Both the position numbers and the translations under genes were made by a program. Below the pieces are notes generated by a model. The model ran no database searches and was not told the DNA's origin. It was given only the letters and a program-made list of their open reading frames with translations. Shown here one piece after another: positions 27,388 to 40,269 of a DNA stretch of 64,000 nucleotides. This DNA is from Octopus sinensis (Eukaryota). The stretch spans positions 98,766,001-98,830,000 of the forward strand of contig NC_042998.1 in assembly GCF_006345805.1 (NCBI RefSeq), read 5' to 3'. Position 1 is the first letter of the stretch; the number at the start of each line of letters is the position of its first letter.

Positions 27388-27437
27388 ATATATACATATA
27401 TATATATATATATACATAGAAATAGTAGCTAAAAACT

Positions 27438-27496
27438 ATTTCGAGCTGATGATAGAAATGTCGAGTTGACTAATCTTGAAACGTACGTTCTCAAAT
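27438..27496 (+). ncRNA. Minimal type I hammerhead ribozyme, copy 1
   Basis: ATTTCGAG CTGATGA (25 nt) GAAA C GTAC GT T CTCAAAT. Stem III lies in the palindrome AACGTACGTT, the triplet is GUU, stem I is ATTT(C)GAG/CTCAAAT, and stem II is imperfect (AGA/TCT plus GTC/GAC). Confidence 0.62.
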
Positions 27497-27997
27497 AACC
27501 TTTGCATTTGATTTTTTAATGTCTTTAACCCCATACTTTCGTGAGTTGAATTGAGCAAACACTATATGAGAGAGATTTTCTTTAAGTATTAGAAATAGTT
27601 TTAAAAAAGTTTTTTTAGCTACTATTTCTAATGAGTTCAGTATGTGGCAAAGTAATTTATTTTACTAAGCCCTTTTATATAATGTAATAATTTGAATTTG
27701 CCTTAAATGGTCCCTTTACATACTGAATACTTGGTGAAATTGATTAATAATTAATTAATTTTACCCTCAATTGTTGAAATTATAATTCATCTCTCTCTAT
27801 TTAATGCTTCGGATTTTACCGAAAAAGCATAGTGTTTACTGATTTTAACCCACGCTGGTGGAAAGGGGAGAGCAGAAATTCTTCGCTTGCATATTTTGGG
27901 TTTACTGGCACTGTTAGTTTCGAGCAGATCTTCAGAAGCGATAAGAAGCCGAAAGGGTATGCTCCCACTTTCAGTGTTTTCAAATCCAAACCAAGGA

Positions 27998-28056
27998 GTT
28001 CTGAGCTGATGATAGAAATGTCGAGTTGACTAATCTTGAAACGTACGTTCTCAAAT
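27998..28056 (+). ncRNA. Minimal type I hammerhead ribozyme, copy 2
   Basis: Same core, 560 nt downstream. Stem I is TGAG/CTCA. Confidence 0.62.
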
Positions 28057-28338
28057 AACCTTTGCATTTGATTTTTTAATGTCTTTACCCCCATACTTTC
28101 GTGAGTTGAATTGAGCAAACACTATATGAGAGAGATTTTCTTAAGTATTAGAAATAGTTTTAAAAAAGTTTTTTTAGCTACTATTTCTAATGAGTTCAGT
28201 ATGTGGCAAAGTAATTTATTTTACTAAGCCCTTTTATATAATGTAATAATTTGAATTCGCCTTAAATGGTCCCTTTACATACTGAATACTTGGTGAAATT
28301 GATTAATAATTAATTAATTTTACCCTCAATTGTTGAAG

Positions 28339-28384
<46 letters not shown>

Positions 28385-28467
28385 TATATATATATATACA
28401 TATATATACATACATATATATATATATATACATATATGCATATATACATACACACATACGCACACAT

Positions 28468-28790
28468 GTTAGTTAGTTAGTTAATTTTTTTGGCTCAAAA
28501 AGCAAAAAGCAAGGCCATGTAGGGGAACATGGAGTTATGTACAGGGTGGTGTTCATGTAAAGAGTTCAGGCCACTTGAGGTCAAGGGAGACTTTGAACCG
28601 AGCGGTCGTCGGCATCTTCACCGTCTCGTCTGGCAGCTTATTCCACGGATCCGCAACCTGGACGGAGAGAGCCCCTCTCCTTCGATTGAGATGAAATCGT
28701 CGCAGATAGAGCGTTTCAGAATGACCCCGCAGCCGACGCTCTGGAGCAGGAGTGAAGAACAGCTCTTTCGAGAGGTTACACTTTCCACTT
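28468..28790 (-). mobile_element. CR1-group LINE 3' end
   Basis: RLRGHSETLYLRRFHLNRRRGALSVQVADPWNKLP...FKVSLD*, followed by a (CTAA)n tail. Confidence 0.85.
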
Positions 28791-31085
28791 ATGATGTATA
28801 TATGTATATACATACATATGCATGTATATATATATACATAGATATATATGTATATATACATGAATATATATATATATATTTATCCATACACACACATACA
28901 TATACATGCATGTCTATAAATATATGCACACACTCACACAGACGAAAAGAAGATTTGACCTAGGTGTGATATTTGAACACATATTCAGTATGAAGAAACC
29001 TGGAAGAAATGCTTTTAAGCATTTCATCCAACATGTTAATAACTCAGCCAGCTCACTGGCTTAACAATAATGATTCTAACACAAAACTATCACCACCAAG
29101 TTGTGGATAAAAAGTAGTCAATTTTATCATTTTATTTGATGTGTATATATGTTGTCTACTTCAAAACTGAGGGGATGGTGGTGAACTCCTACATAAAACA
29201 ACATAATTAAATACAGGAAGGCATTGCGGCTGCTTTTTTCCATCTTCTGCCAACTTGCATGAACCTTAAAATAACAATCTTATGGTAATTCTGCATGTCA
29301 TTGTGTTACTTAGCCTGTTGGTAACACTTTCATGTGATTAGAGAAAAGGAGGGAGAAAGAAAAGAGGGCGAGAGAAAAAGAGAGAGGGAGAAGCATTCAT
29401 GATGTGAAGTAGAGGGAATGTAATTGTAATACTTTCATGTGATTAGTTGAAGGGAAATAGAGGAGAAAGAAAAAGGAGAGAGAAATAGAGGATAAGGTGA
29501 AGAATGAGACAGAAGGAGAATAAAAAAAATGACATGAGGTGGGGGGAGCATAATATTTACGGCATGGTAAAAAATGTTAATTGAAGAGCTAGTGATATAG
29601 AGACAGTTAGAGGTATAATTTTAGCAGAGGGGATATTCTGATGGTGAGGTTAAAGAAGGGTAGAGAGAGAAGGGAGAGAGGGAGAAAGAGAGATGATGAT
29701 TGTGGTGGTGGTGATGGGGGGGGGGGGGGCAGTGGTGATTGCATAGTGCAAAGTGTATTCTTTTTAACTGAACTAAGTTTTTTTATATCACTTATCACTT
29801 AACGCATGTGCATAAGTGCAATTCCATGAAATATTCATGCGTATTTATGTGGCATATATATATGCAATTTAACTAAAGGTTGTATCATATGTATGGAATA
29901 TTTTGTTTTGTTTATGGAAAAAATGGAAAAATAAGAATGAATATTTATTTTATGAGTGCTGTATTTTAAGTCTATAAAACTGTGCATAAAGTATAAAAAG
30001 TGCATATATAAAGTGTGTTAAGTAATCATCATATCCCAATTTCTTTCAATTTTCAATGAGTAGCAGATGAGTGACTATCTTTCCATATAAACACAATACA
30101 GGCTACACTTTCAGGTATTTTGGATAAAGTTTTCAGAAATAAACCAATAGGTTTACCATTAAAAAACAAGAGAAACAAATTATAATTTTTAAGGAAGGTT
30201 TAAATATGCTACAGATACATTAATTCTTTTAGAAAATCCAAGTAAAAATTAGGTGTCAGTTCAACTGAATTTGTGAATACGGGATATTCAGTTTCTGTCG
30301 AGATGATATGGAATTAAAATGCACTGACACTTACTAAACCAGTGTAAAACATGAATAAAATAGATGATGATGATAAGGATGAAATTTTGAAGTACAGTGG
30401 ATAAGCTGATATGGCATCATCTTCTTAATTCCAGTATCATGAGCTTATCAGTTACAAGCACTGGTACAGTCTATTGAATAATGTGCTTAATTCAATTTGC
30501 TTCAACCCAACCTGACACTTTTCTTTCAATAGTAAAAATCAAACAAAAGTCTATTGGAGCCAAGTAATTCATTATCATCATCATCATCATTTTATTCAAG
30601 TAGATTTTTCTATGGCTAAATGCCTTTCCTTTTGCCAATGCTCACCTGCTTCCAAGTAAGGTAATATTTCCTCACAACTAGACATATTTGAGTAAAATAG
30701 TGAAAATGAATGATGGTGACAAATCATTTACAACTATCACATGACATCAATTAGGGAGAGACAAACATATAGATACTAATGCACACACACACACACATAA
30801 AATCATAGTTGTGTCTGTCAGTATCACATAACTGGCAACCGTGTCAGTGGCATATTAAGAGCACCTTTTGAGCTTTGGGTCTCACGGAGTCATGGCATTG
30901 TGGAACTAGCAATCTGTACCAGTGGCATGTAAAAAGCACCTTTCAAGTGCTGGGCTTCATGGAGGCAATGACAAATGACTGAGACCATTGGCAATATGCT
31001 GTGCTTGAGAAGGATAATCCATTAAGCCAAGTGGATCGTAGTCATGGCAGATACTGGTGTCACATAAAAGCACCCATTACACCCT

Positions 31086-31586
31086 CGATGCAAAGTAGAG
31101 CTACTGAAGTATTTTGGGAGTAGATTACGGATAATCACTACAAAATATAGTTGTTTTACATGAAAGCAAAATTTCTTATCAGAAATGGCATAATGAAATT
31201 GAAGGAAGACGTTGAAACTTCCCCTCTGCAAGTTTTTTTTTTTCAACAGCAAAGGGAGCTTTTTTCTAGAGAGATAAGCTAACAAAAGCCCCTTTATTCT
31301 GTCTTCCCACATAGCCTGCACATAAACTAACAGTGAATGCTGCATAAAGTTAAATTGGTATAGAGCTTTCTGAAAGATACATGTAGCTGTTGCTAGTGGA
31401 AGCAAAACACTTATTTAAAGGTTGATTCTTCAGGATGAATCATATGTGATTGTTCAAAAAAGGCTAGAACAACAATGCTAAAATGTATTTGAAACAATGG
31501 ACAACATTCACAATATAATGGATGGGTAAATAAGCATCCTTAAAGTGAAACAATGCATTGGTAGGTAAACAAAGGTATCAACAAAT
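31086..31586 (+). repeat. Dispersed duplication, copy 2
   Basis: Colinear with 15829-16260 but with two extra internal segments. Confidence 0.85.
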
Positions 31587-32119
31587 AGAAAAGAGGGAAT
31601 GGGGCATCACGTTTCAAGTAACTCAAAATAGGTAAAGGTAAGCTTGCCAAAACTTAATGCAGTTTAAATTTGGAGATTAAGATTGTTTGGTATTGGATAT
31701 TCACTGCATACAGTGTTCATAGTCAATTTAATAACCATTGCAGATGGACAGTTGAAATAAATGTATAGACAAAATCCTTTCACTTTTATAAAAAGATTTA
31801 AAAAGTATGGAAAACCCTACATACAAAAAAGTTGTGTACATTTAGGTCCACTTATGCGGGAACCCTGAGCAAAATGTTCAGTGCATGACCATCCTTGGGA
31901 TATAAGTAATGTGTGTGTAAAGTTTGGTGAAAATTGGTTGAGAATAGTGGAAATGTATGCATTCAGTGGTCCTTGTCAATCTAATTACTGTCACTGGTGA
32001 ACAGTGGAAATAAATAAATATACAAAATCCTTTCACTTTTATAAAAAAGATTAAATAAGTATGGAAGACCCTACAGATTATAAAACAGCTGATTAATGTA
32101 AATGAATAGGAATCATATA

Positions 32120-32310
32120 TAGTTAGTTTCCCATCACTCTAGAGGCCCCAATATCGATTTTTTAAAATCTAAGTAGCCTATGTTCGGGTCTGGGATATAA
32201 AGCAGCTGTACATAAATTTTTTAAGAAATCAGATGAAAGATGTAGAAGTTATTTAAGTACATAAATTTTTGTGCAAACACACAAAATACACAAAGAAAAC
32301 TTCAATTTTC
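32120..32310 (+). mobile_element. Lep1-like Helitron-type non-autonomous fragment
   Basis: Motif aagtagcctatgttc (32171-32185), followed by an aaattt...aaatc segment resembling the recalled Lep1 core. Confidence 0.4.
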
Positions 32311-32318
32311 TAGATATG

Positions 32319-32349
<31 letters not shown>

Positions 32350-32730
32350 ATATATATATAATTATATGTATATACTATTGGGTGGCTTTTAAGCTATATA
32401 CTATAGATCTGAATTGGAAGATCTGCAAACAGATCTTTGACTTGTTTAGGAGAATTTGTCGCAATTGCTTCCTCCAGAGTCATATCCCAATGATGATCAT
32501 ATTCGTCACAAAAAATCATGTAAAAAAAATCACCGAAAACAATCACAGTAATGAAAACATTGGAATCCAAAATTTCAAGATTGCAGGTCCATATCTGACC
32601 CAGAATGTTTTTAATTTACTCATGGAGTTAGCCTGATTCCAAATTGGTATGATATCTTGGGTTATGGTTTCTAGGAGTAAAGTTGAAAAAGTGTGACACA
32701 CTGACATTCACATTTATTATATTATATATT

Positions 32731-32950
32731 AAGGCGGTGAGCTGGCAGAATCGTTAGCATGCTGGGTGAAATGCCTAGCGGTATTTTATCCACCGTTAGG
32801 TTTTGAGTTCGAATTCCATTAAAGTCGACTTTGCCTTTTATCCTTTTGGGGGCCAATAAAATTAGTACCAGTTATGTATTAGGGTTGATGTAATCGACTT
32901 AATCACTTTCCCCAAAATTTGAGGCCTTGTGCTTCCAGAAGATAGGATTT
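32731..32950 (+). mobile_element. tRNA-derived SINE, family A (best copy)
   Basis: A-box-like ggcggtgagctggcagaatcgttag and B-box gagttcgaattcc. Other + copies are near 2428, 5311, 18362, 21301, 36017, 36885, 38455 and 38680. Minus copies are near 23750-24210, 37605-37930, 42230-42440, 49810-50015 and 55050-55200. Confidence 0.85.
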
Positions 32951-34885
32951 ATTAGAGTTGAAAAAGTGTGATACATTGACAAGATATGTTTAATTTTGGG
33001 GAAACTTTATTTCAATTAAAGGGTATTTTATGTGTGTACGTGTGCGCGCGTGCACGTATGTATATATATGTAGTAAAGAAAGCAAAAAATAAAAGAAAAA
33101 CGATAGCGTTCAGTATGTTAGCAACAAGAATTTCTGTCAAAGACATAGTTAAACAAAGCTTTACATCATCTCCCTCTTTCTCTCATACACCCAATCTTTC
33201 TCTCTCTTCTATTATTACTTGCACTGCCACCATCTTCACTACTACTTTTAATAAAACATCATCAACCCTCCCTAAATTTTTTTGTCTCTCTTTCTCTCCC
33301 TCTTTTTTCTTTCTTTCTCTGTCTCTCTCTCTCTCTCTCTCTGTTTCCACCACTGCCCTCACCATCTCTGTGCCTACTCTCACCCCATCATGAAGAACAG
33401 TAGGAGTGTCATTGACTTATGAGAGAGGGGGTTTAAGTGTAACACATTGACACACAGAAATTAGTTTTCACACACACACACACATATATACATACATATA
33501 TCATTGCCATCATCGTCGTTTAATGTCTGCTTTCCATGCTGTCATGGATTGGATGGTTTGACTGGGGGCTGGCAAGCCAGAATGCTGTACAAGGCTCCAA
33601 TCCAATCTGGCAAAGTTTCTACAGCTGGATGCCCTTACTAATGCCAACCACTCCGAGAGTGTAGTGGGTGCTTTTTACGTGCCACCAGCACAAGAGCCAG
33701 TCAGGTGGCACTGGCATCGACCACGCTTGAATGGTGCTTTTAATGTGCCACTGGCATGGGTGCAAATCAGGTGGTACTGTCATCAGCCACGACAACGATT
33801 TCACTTGCCTCGACAGGTCTTTGCAAGCGCAGTTTATTGCCCAATGATTGAAGGGTATAAAGAGGCATGGGATTAAAATTAAAGGCAGGAAAGATAAAAG
33901 TAGCCTAACAAGTGTAATGGGTATGAAAGTAATGATGACAGTTTAAGGTATTCTTACCAAAGTGGTTTTATAAGTTATAATATTACAGGTACCATTGTAT
34001 GCATGATTGTATAGTTCTTAGTGGGTATAAGATTTAGTCAAAGTAGACTAGTTATCTCAAAATCATTACAAATATACATAATTTGACTAATGGGGTAGAA
34101 ATTCATAGACGGAAAGAATAATGTAATCACCAAATAGGATTAAGTCAGACTAACATCACATAACATAATACATTACATTGATGTAATGATTGCATTGTTC
34201 AATTAGATGGAGCTGCTTGACACGGTTGTACTGCATTACTCTACTTCGAGCTGTGAGGGTAATACCGGACTGACTTGGTGCTTCAACCTAAGTACCTAAT
34301 TCAACTGAATCTATATATAAATATAGATATATATATAGATATACATACATGTATATAGATACATGTATTCATATGAATGTATGTATGTGTGTATATATAT
34401 ATACACACACACTCACATATACATATATACATAATACATTCATATGTATATATGCATATATATGACTGGCTTCTGTGCCGGTGGGATGTAAAAAGCACTT
34501 GTGCCAGTAGCATGTGAAAAAAAATTTGAGCGAGGTCGTTGCCAGTACTGTGCAGGTGGCACATAAAAACACCATTTTGGCGTGGCCATTGCCAGTACCA
34601 CCTGACTGGCCCTCATGCCAGGAGCACGTAAAAGCACCCATTACACTCTCAGAGTGGTTGGCATTAGGAAGGGCATCCAGCCATAGAAACTCTGCCAGAT
34701 CAGATTGGAGCCTGGTGCAGCCATCTGGTTTGCCAGTCCTCAGTTAAATCGTCCAACCCATGCTAACATGGAGAGCAGATGTTAAACGATGATGATGATA
34801 ATGATGATGATAGACCCCCACACACACACACATACCTACATACATATATACATACATACATACACACACATGTACATACATAAAT

Positions 34886-34918
<33 letters not shown>

Positions 34919-35558
34919 TATTTGTGCTGGCAATGACAGTCTTCTCTCATTGCCAGTCACAAAGCTTTGGTCAACCTGGGGCTAGAGTAGAAGACACTTC
35001 CCCAAAGTGGTACACAGTCGTGCTGAACCTGAAACTATGTGCTTCTTAACTACACAGCTATAACAGCACCGAAGCAATTATTTCAAAGAAATACTAAATA
35101 AACCCACTAGTTTTAACACTCAGTTATAAACATTATTTTCTTATATTTATTTATACGTAAGCATAAAAGCTCACATTTTTAACATGCTTTAAATTGAAAC
35201 CAGACCACTAAGAGTGAAACCAGACTATTGAGAAACTTCTGCCACATGTGTTCTGGACTAGATATACTATTACATACTCTTTGGTAATTGAAAGATGACT
35301 TCATCGGTCTTTTCATTAAAATTCTTGGTATTTGCCGATTTTACTACCTAGAGCAAGAGAGTAATAAAAGTGGTAGCATGTAGACTAGATAAAATACTTC
35401 GCTATATTTAGTTATGCTTTGCTCCATTCTCCATTCTGCATTGAAATCCTAGTGGAGTTGAATTTATTTCATGACCTTCCATGGTCAAAAAAATAAGCAT
35501 TGGGGGTCATATCATGTTTTAGAGTGTGACTTTGCAGTGAGCAAAAACATTATCATTA

Positions 35559-35589
<31 letters not shown>

Positions 35590-36239
35590 TATTATCATCA
35601 TCATCATCATCATCATAATAATTTTCTTTTGTTTTAATTTATACAAGTTGCATCAAAGTCACAAACGGAGACATCAAAGGACAATAACTTTTTGTATCTA
35701 AATAAGCAGAGATTATCATTATTATCATCATTTCTTTTTATCACAGGTTTAGTTGGAGCTCCTGGAGTCTTGCATGCATAGCAAGCTTGCTACTTGCAGT
35801 CTTACGGTACCATGCTATCTGTTCTTTTCAGCTATTTTCCTGATTATTCTGGCTGTACCAAGGAAACAAACCTTTTGTAACAGTTTTACTGGGCACTCTA
35901 TTCCAATTTCCTTTATATTTCTCTTACTGCCTTCATTATTATTATTATTGTCCCATCCACGCCAGCATGGAAGGCAAATGATAAACGATGATGATGACAT
36001 TGATATTATTATCATTAAGGCAACAAGCTGGCAGAATCATTAGCACATCAGACAAAACACTTAGTGGCATTTCTTCTGGATTTATGTTATGAGTTCAAAT
36101 GACACTGAAGTTAACTTTGCCTTTCATCTTTTGAGGGTCAATGAAATGAGCACCTGATAACCACATGAGATTGATATAATCAACTAACCCCTTCCCCAAA
36201 ACTTTCAGACCTTCTGCCTATTGTAGAAAGAATTATTAT

Positions 36240-36780
36240 TATTGAGTGAGAGAGCTGTGCATACCATCAAAGTGACATTGGGGCAAAATATACAAAGCCC
36301 AGTATACCCATCATGACTACCCATCTGATAAGGGTACACTAGACACATGCTCACAACCATATATGCACGACATGGTGATCTCATATAAAGATAAACAGTG
36401 CATGACCTAGCAGATGGGGCCCAGTTAGGATTTTCTTCAAGTTGAGTAGCTCATCCTGATTAAAAGGTCCCTGAATGAGGGTTGTCTAAGGATGATGAAC
36501 GAAAAACCCATGTTTCCAGAGTTGGTTTATTCAAACCCCAAAGAATCCCAACACATGGCTATGATGTTCCCCCACAACTTTTGCTCACGATCAGAGATGC
36601 ACATATTGTCATCAAGGGACATATCAGCCACTAAGGGACATGCTCGACTGGTTAAGGTCAAACAACTGACAAGCAAATCTGTGGTATTGAGCAGAATATT
36701 TGCTGTAGCCCATCTTTTATACCAAGACAAAACATGTACATGGTAATACTTCCAATCAGTTAAGATCAGAAGCCATGAAA
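36240..36780 (-). mobile_element. SINE-like interspersed repeat (inverted partner at 37931-38285)
   Basis: The reverse complement aligns with 37931-38285 and 2030-2270. Confidence 0.75.
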
Positions 36781-37461
36781 GCCAGTGCCTGTGTACTGCA
36801 TCAGGGCATTATCATTATTATGAGTTTTTCTTCTTTCAACCTTGTTTCCATTTTTGTCAAGTGTCTTCCTAGGGCAATTATTACTAAGGTGGTAAGCTGG
36901 CAGAATCATTACTGTCGCAGAAAAAATGCTCAGTGGCATTTCTTCCAATTTTACATTCTGAGTTCAAATGCTGCTGGGATTGATTTTGCCCTTCATCCTA
37001 TTAAGGTCAATAAAATAGGTTGAATACTAGAGTCAATGTAATCAACTCATCCCACCTCCAAAACTGTTGACCTTGTACCACCATTTGAAACCAGCACCTG
37101 TGCCAGTGCCATGTGAAAAGCACTCATGCTGGTGCCACATAGGAAGCATCTATGCCAGCACCACATAAACAGTACGTGTGCCAACACCATGTAAAAAGCA
37201 CCCATGCTGGTGCCACAATAAAAAAAAAATTACCTGTGCCAGCACCACATAAAAGTCACCCAGTACACTCTGTAAAGTGGTTGGCATTAGGAAGGGCATC
37301 CTGCCATAGAAACTATGCCAAAACAGACTGGAGCCTGGCGCAGCCCTCTAGCTTGCCAGCTCCCATCAAACTGTACAACTCGTACCAACTTGGAAAACGG
37401 ATGTTAAAAGATGATGATGATGATGATGATGATATATATATATATATTTATACACACACAA

Positions 37462-37503
<42 letters not shown>

Positions 37504-39078
37504 GGGGATTATTATTAAAGACAGTGGACTGGCAAGATTGTTAATGTGTCAGAAGAAATGCCTTAAAGTATTTGCTCTAAGTCTTTATATTCTACTATAA
37601 GCACAAGGCCTGAAAATTTGTGTGAAATGGGTAAGTCAATTTCATGAACACTAGCGTTCAGCTGGTACTTATTCCATTAACCCAAAAAGGATCAAATGCA
37701 AAGTCTAAGTTTTGAGTTCAAATTTGAGCTCAAAATTTAAAGACAAGCGAAATGCTACTATGCATTTTATCGATTACATCGAACCCTGTTCTCCAGTGGT
37801 ACTTATTTCATCAACCCAGAAGGATGAAAGGCAAAGTCAACCTCAGTAAAATTTGAATTCAGAACATAAGAACAGACGAAATGCCGCTAAGCATTATGTC
37901 TGGCATGCTAATGGTTCTTCCAGCTCACTAGTGGCTGACGATATGTGCAACTCTAATCATGAGCAGAAGTAGTGGGGGAGCATCATAACCATGTGTTTAG
38001 ATGAATTCTTTGGGGTTTGAATAATTCACCTTAAAAAACCCTCATTCGGGGACCTTTTGAGTAAGATGGGTTACTCCACCTTCAGAAAATTCCGACTGGG
38101 TCCCACCTGCAAGTTCATGCACCGTTTATCTTGATATAAGGTCACCATGTCACTCACATATCATTGTAATGCATGTGCCTGGTGTACCCTTATCAGACAA
38201 GTAGTCATGATGGGTATATTGAGCTTTGTATATTTGTACACCAGTGTCACTTTGATGGCATGCAATGCTCTCTCATTCAATAATAATACCTTTATTATTA
38301 TTCTGATATTAATCTTGATCTTTATTATTTCAGAATCATTAAAATAAGCACTAGTCAAGTACTGGGAGCCAGTTATGTTAACTGCACCTCTCCACTAAAC
38401 CGAGTGGCCTCATGCCAATGTTAAAAATCATTCTTATTATTACTAAATAAGGCAAGGTAGCGAGCTGGCAGAATCGTTAGCATGCTGGATGAAATGCTTA
38501 GAGGTATTTCACCCGTCACTATGTTCTGAGTTCAAATTCTGCTGAGACTGACTTTGCCTTTCATCCTTTCAGGGTCGATAAAATAGATACCAGTTAGTCA
38601 CTGGGGTCGATGTAATCAACTTATCCCCTCCCCAAAAATTTCAGGCCTTGTGCCTACAATAGAAAGGATTATTACTAAATAAGGCAGCAAGCTGACAGAA
38701 TTGTTAGAACATTGGCAAAAAGAAAATGTTTTGCAACATTAGTTTTGGCTCTTTATGTTCTGAGTGTGAACTCCCACCAAGGCCAACTTTGCCTTTCATT
38801 CTTTTGGTGGCAGTAAAATAATGTACCAGTTAAGTACTAGGGTCAATGAAATTGACCTGCCTCCTCCACCCAGAACTGCTGGGCTGACCTGTGGTCAACT
38901 GACAGAATCATCAAAGTACTAGAAAATATTTTTCATTATTTCTCCTAACTCTGATATCAAATCCTGCAGAGGTTAACTTCAGCTCTCATCCTCTCAGGAT
39001 TATGTCAGGCAAACTGTTAAGTGTTAAAGGCTCATCACTTTGTGTATAAATATATGTGTGTGTGTGTGTGTGTGTGTA

Positions 39079-39323
39079 GAGGCATGTGGTTTAGTGGTTA
39101 GGGTGTCAGCATCATGATTGTAAGATTGTGGTTCCGATTCCTGGACCGGGTGACGCGTTGTGTTCTTGAGCAAAACACTTCATTTCACATTGCCCAGTCC
39201 ACTCAGCTGGCAAAAATGAGTAACGCTGCGATGGACTGGCTTCCCATCCAGCTGGGGAACACATACGCCATAGAAACCGGGAAACCGGACCCATGAGCCT
39301 GGCTAGGCTTTAAAAGGGCGCAT
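39079..39323 (+). mobile_element. tRNA-derived SINE with CORE-like and V-like domains
   Basis: Head tggtttagtggttag...ggttccgattcc, CORE-like ttgtgttcttgagcaaaacacttcatttc...aaaaatgagt, and V-like tgcgatggactggcttcccatccag. Confidence 0.7.
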
Positions 39324-39418
39324 TTATATATATATATATATATATTGATAGACATATATGAGAAACAGAAACTACATATTTAAGTTTATGAAAGATGACA
39401 AAAATCTAATAAACTTAC

Positions 39419-39467
39419 CAAACAGGATGTTTCAATGATGTTAACCAGCTTGGGCCGGATGAACATA
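39419..39467 (-). CDS. unc80: UNC80 coding exon 2 (49 nt)
   Basis: tttttttacag|T ATG TTC ATC CGG CCC AAG CTG...TCC TGT TTG|GTAAGT encodes (S)MFIRPKLVNIIETSCL, homologous to SAFLRPKLGKQYEASC. It completes the split Ser codon from exon 1 and ends in phase 0. Confidence 0.92.
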
Positions 39468-40058
39468 CTGTAAAAAAACGTAAAATGAATAAGATATTTA
39501 AGTACAGAATCCATGCAAGAGATTAATATTTAGGAACATATGTGTAATAGGGGACAGCAAAGGTGAAGTGGATGAAGAATTGTAGGGCTTAACTCATATT
39601 TTGAGATCAAATCTACTCTAGATGTTTTGTTATATTAATTCTTAGTGCCTATCAAGAATATGCAGATGCAATGCAAATACAAATATCTTCGAAGCATAAA
39701 ATACCTTTAAAGAGAAAATGCTCTGACCCTGTGTTGGCGTTTAACATCATTCCAACCCAGAATGGACGACTTCTGGTTATGACAACCCACTTTTTTTTCT
39801 TTAGACAATGGTGAACACGGTTTCCTCCCTAGCAGCCAATATAAATTCAATCTCAACTGATGCATTTGATGATTTTAGACACAGGAATGGATGTGTAGAT
39901 AAGAAGCTCACTTTGTAACCATGTGGTGTGAGGTTCAGTCTCATTGCACAGCACTTTGGGCAAGTGTCTTTTACTATAGCCCAGGGCTGACCAATACCTA
40001 ATGAATGAATTTGGTAGATAGAAACAGTATAGAAGCCATTGTTTGTATGTATGTATAA

Positions 40059-40133
<75 letters not shown>

Positions 40134-40135
40134 CA

Positions 40136-40199
<64 letters not shown>

Positions 40200-40269
40200 C
40201 ATATATGTACACATACACACATATATATATAAAATATATATACACATACACACATATATATATATCTTG

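Larger units (their letters stand above)
27417..28337 (+). mobile_element. Non-autonomous retrozyme/Penelope-like element: two ~335-bp direct repeats, each with a hammerhead
   Basis: 27443-27778 and 28003-28337 differ at about 3 positions by eye. A 224-bp spacer separates them, and (TA)n lies on both sides. Confidence 0.75.

Noticed and set aside
32731-32830. tRNA gene suggested by A/B boxes (also other SINE heads)
   Set aside because: No full cloverleaf is present, and the head continues into a multi-copy SINE body.
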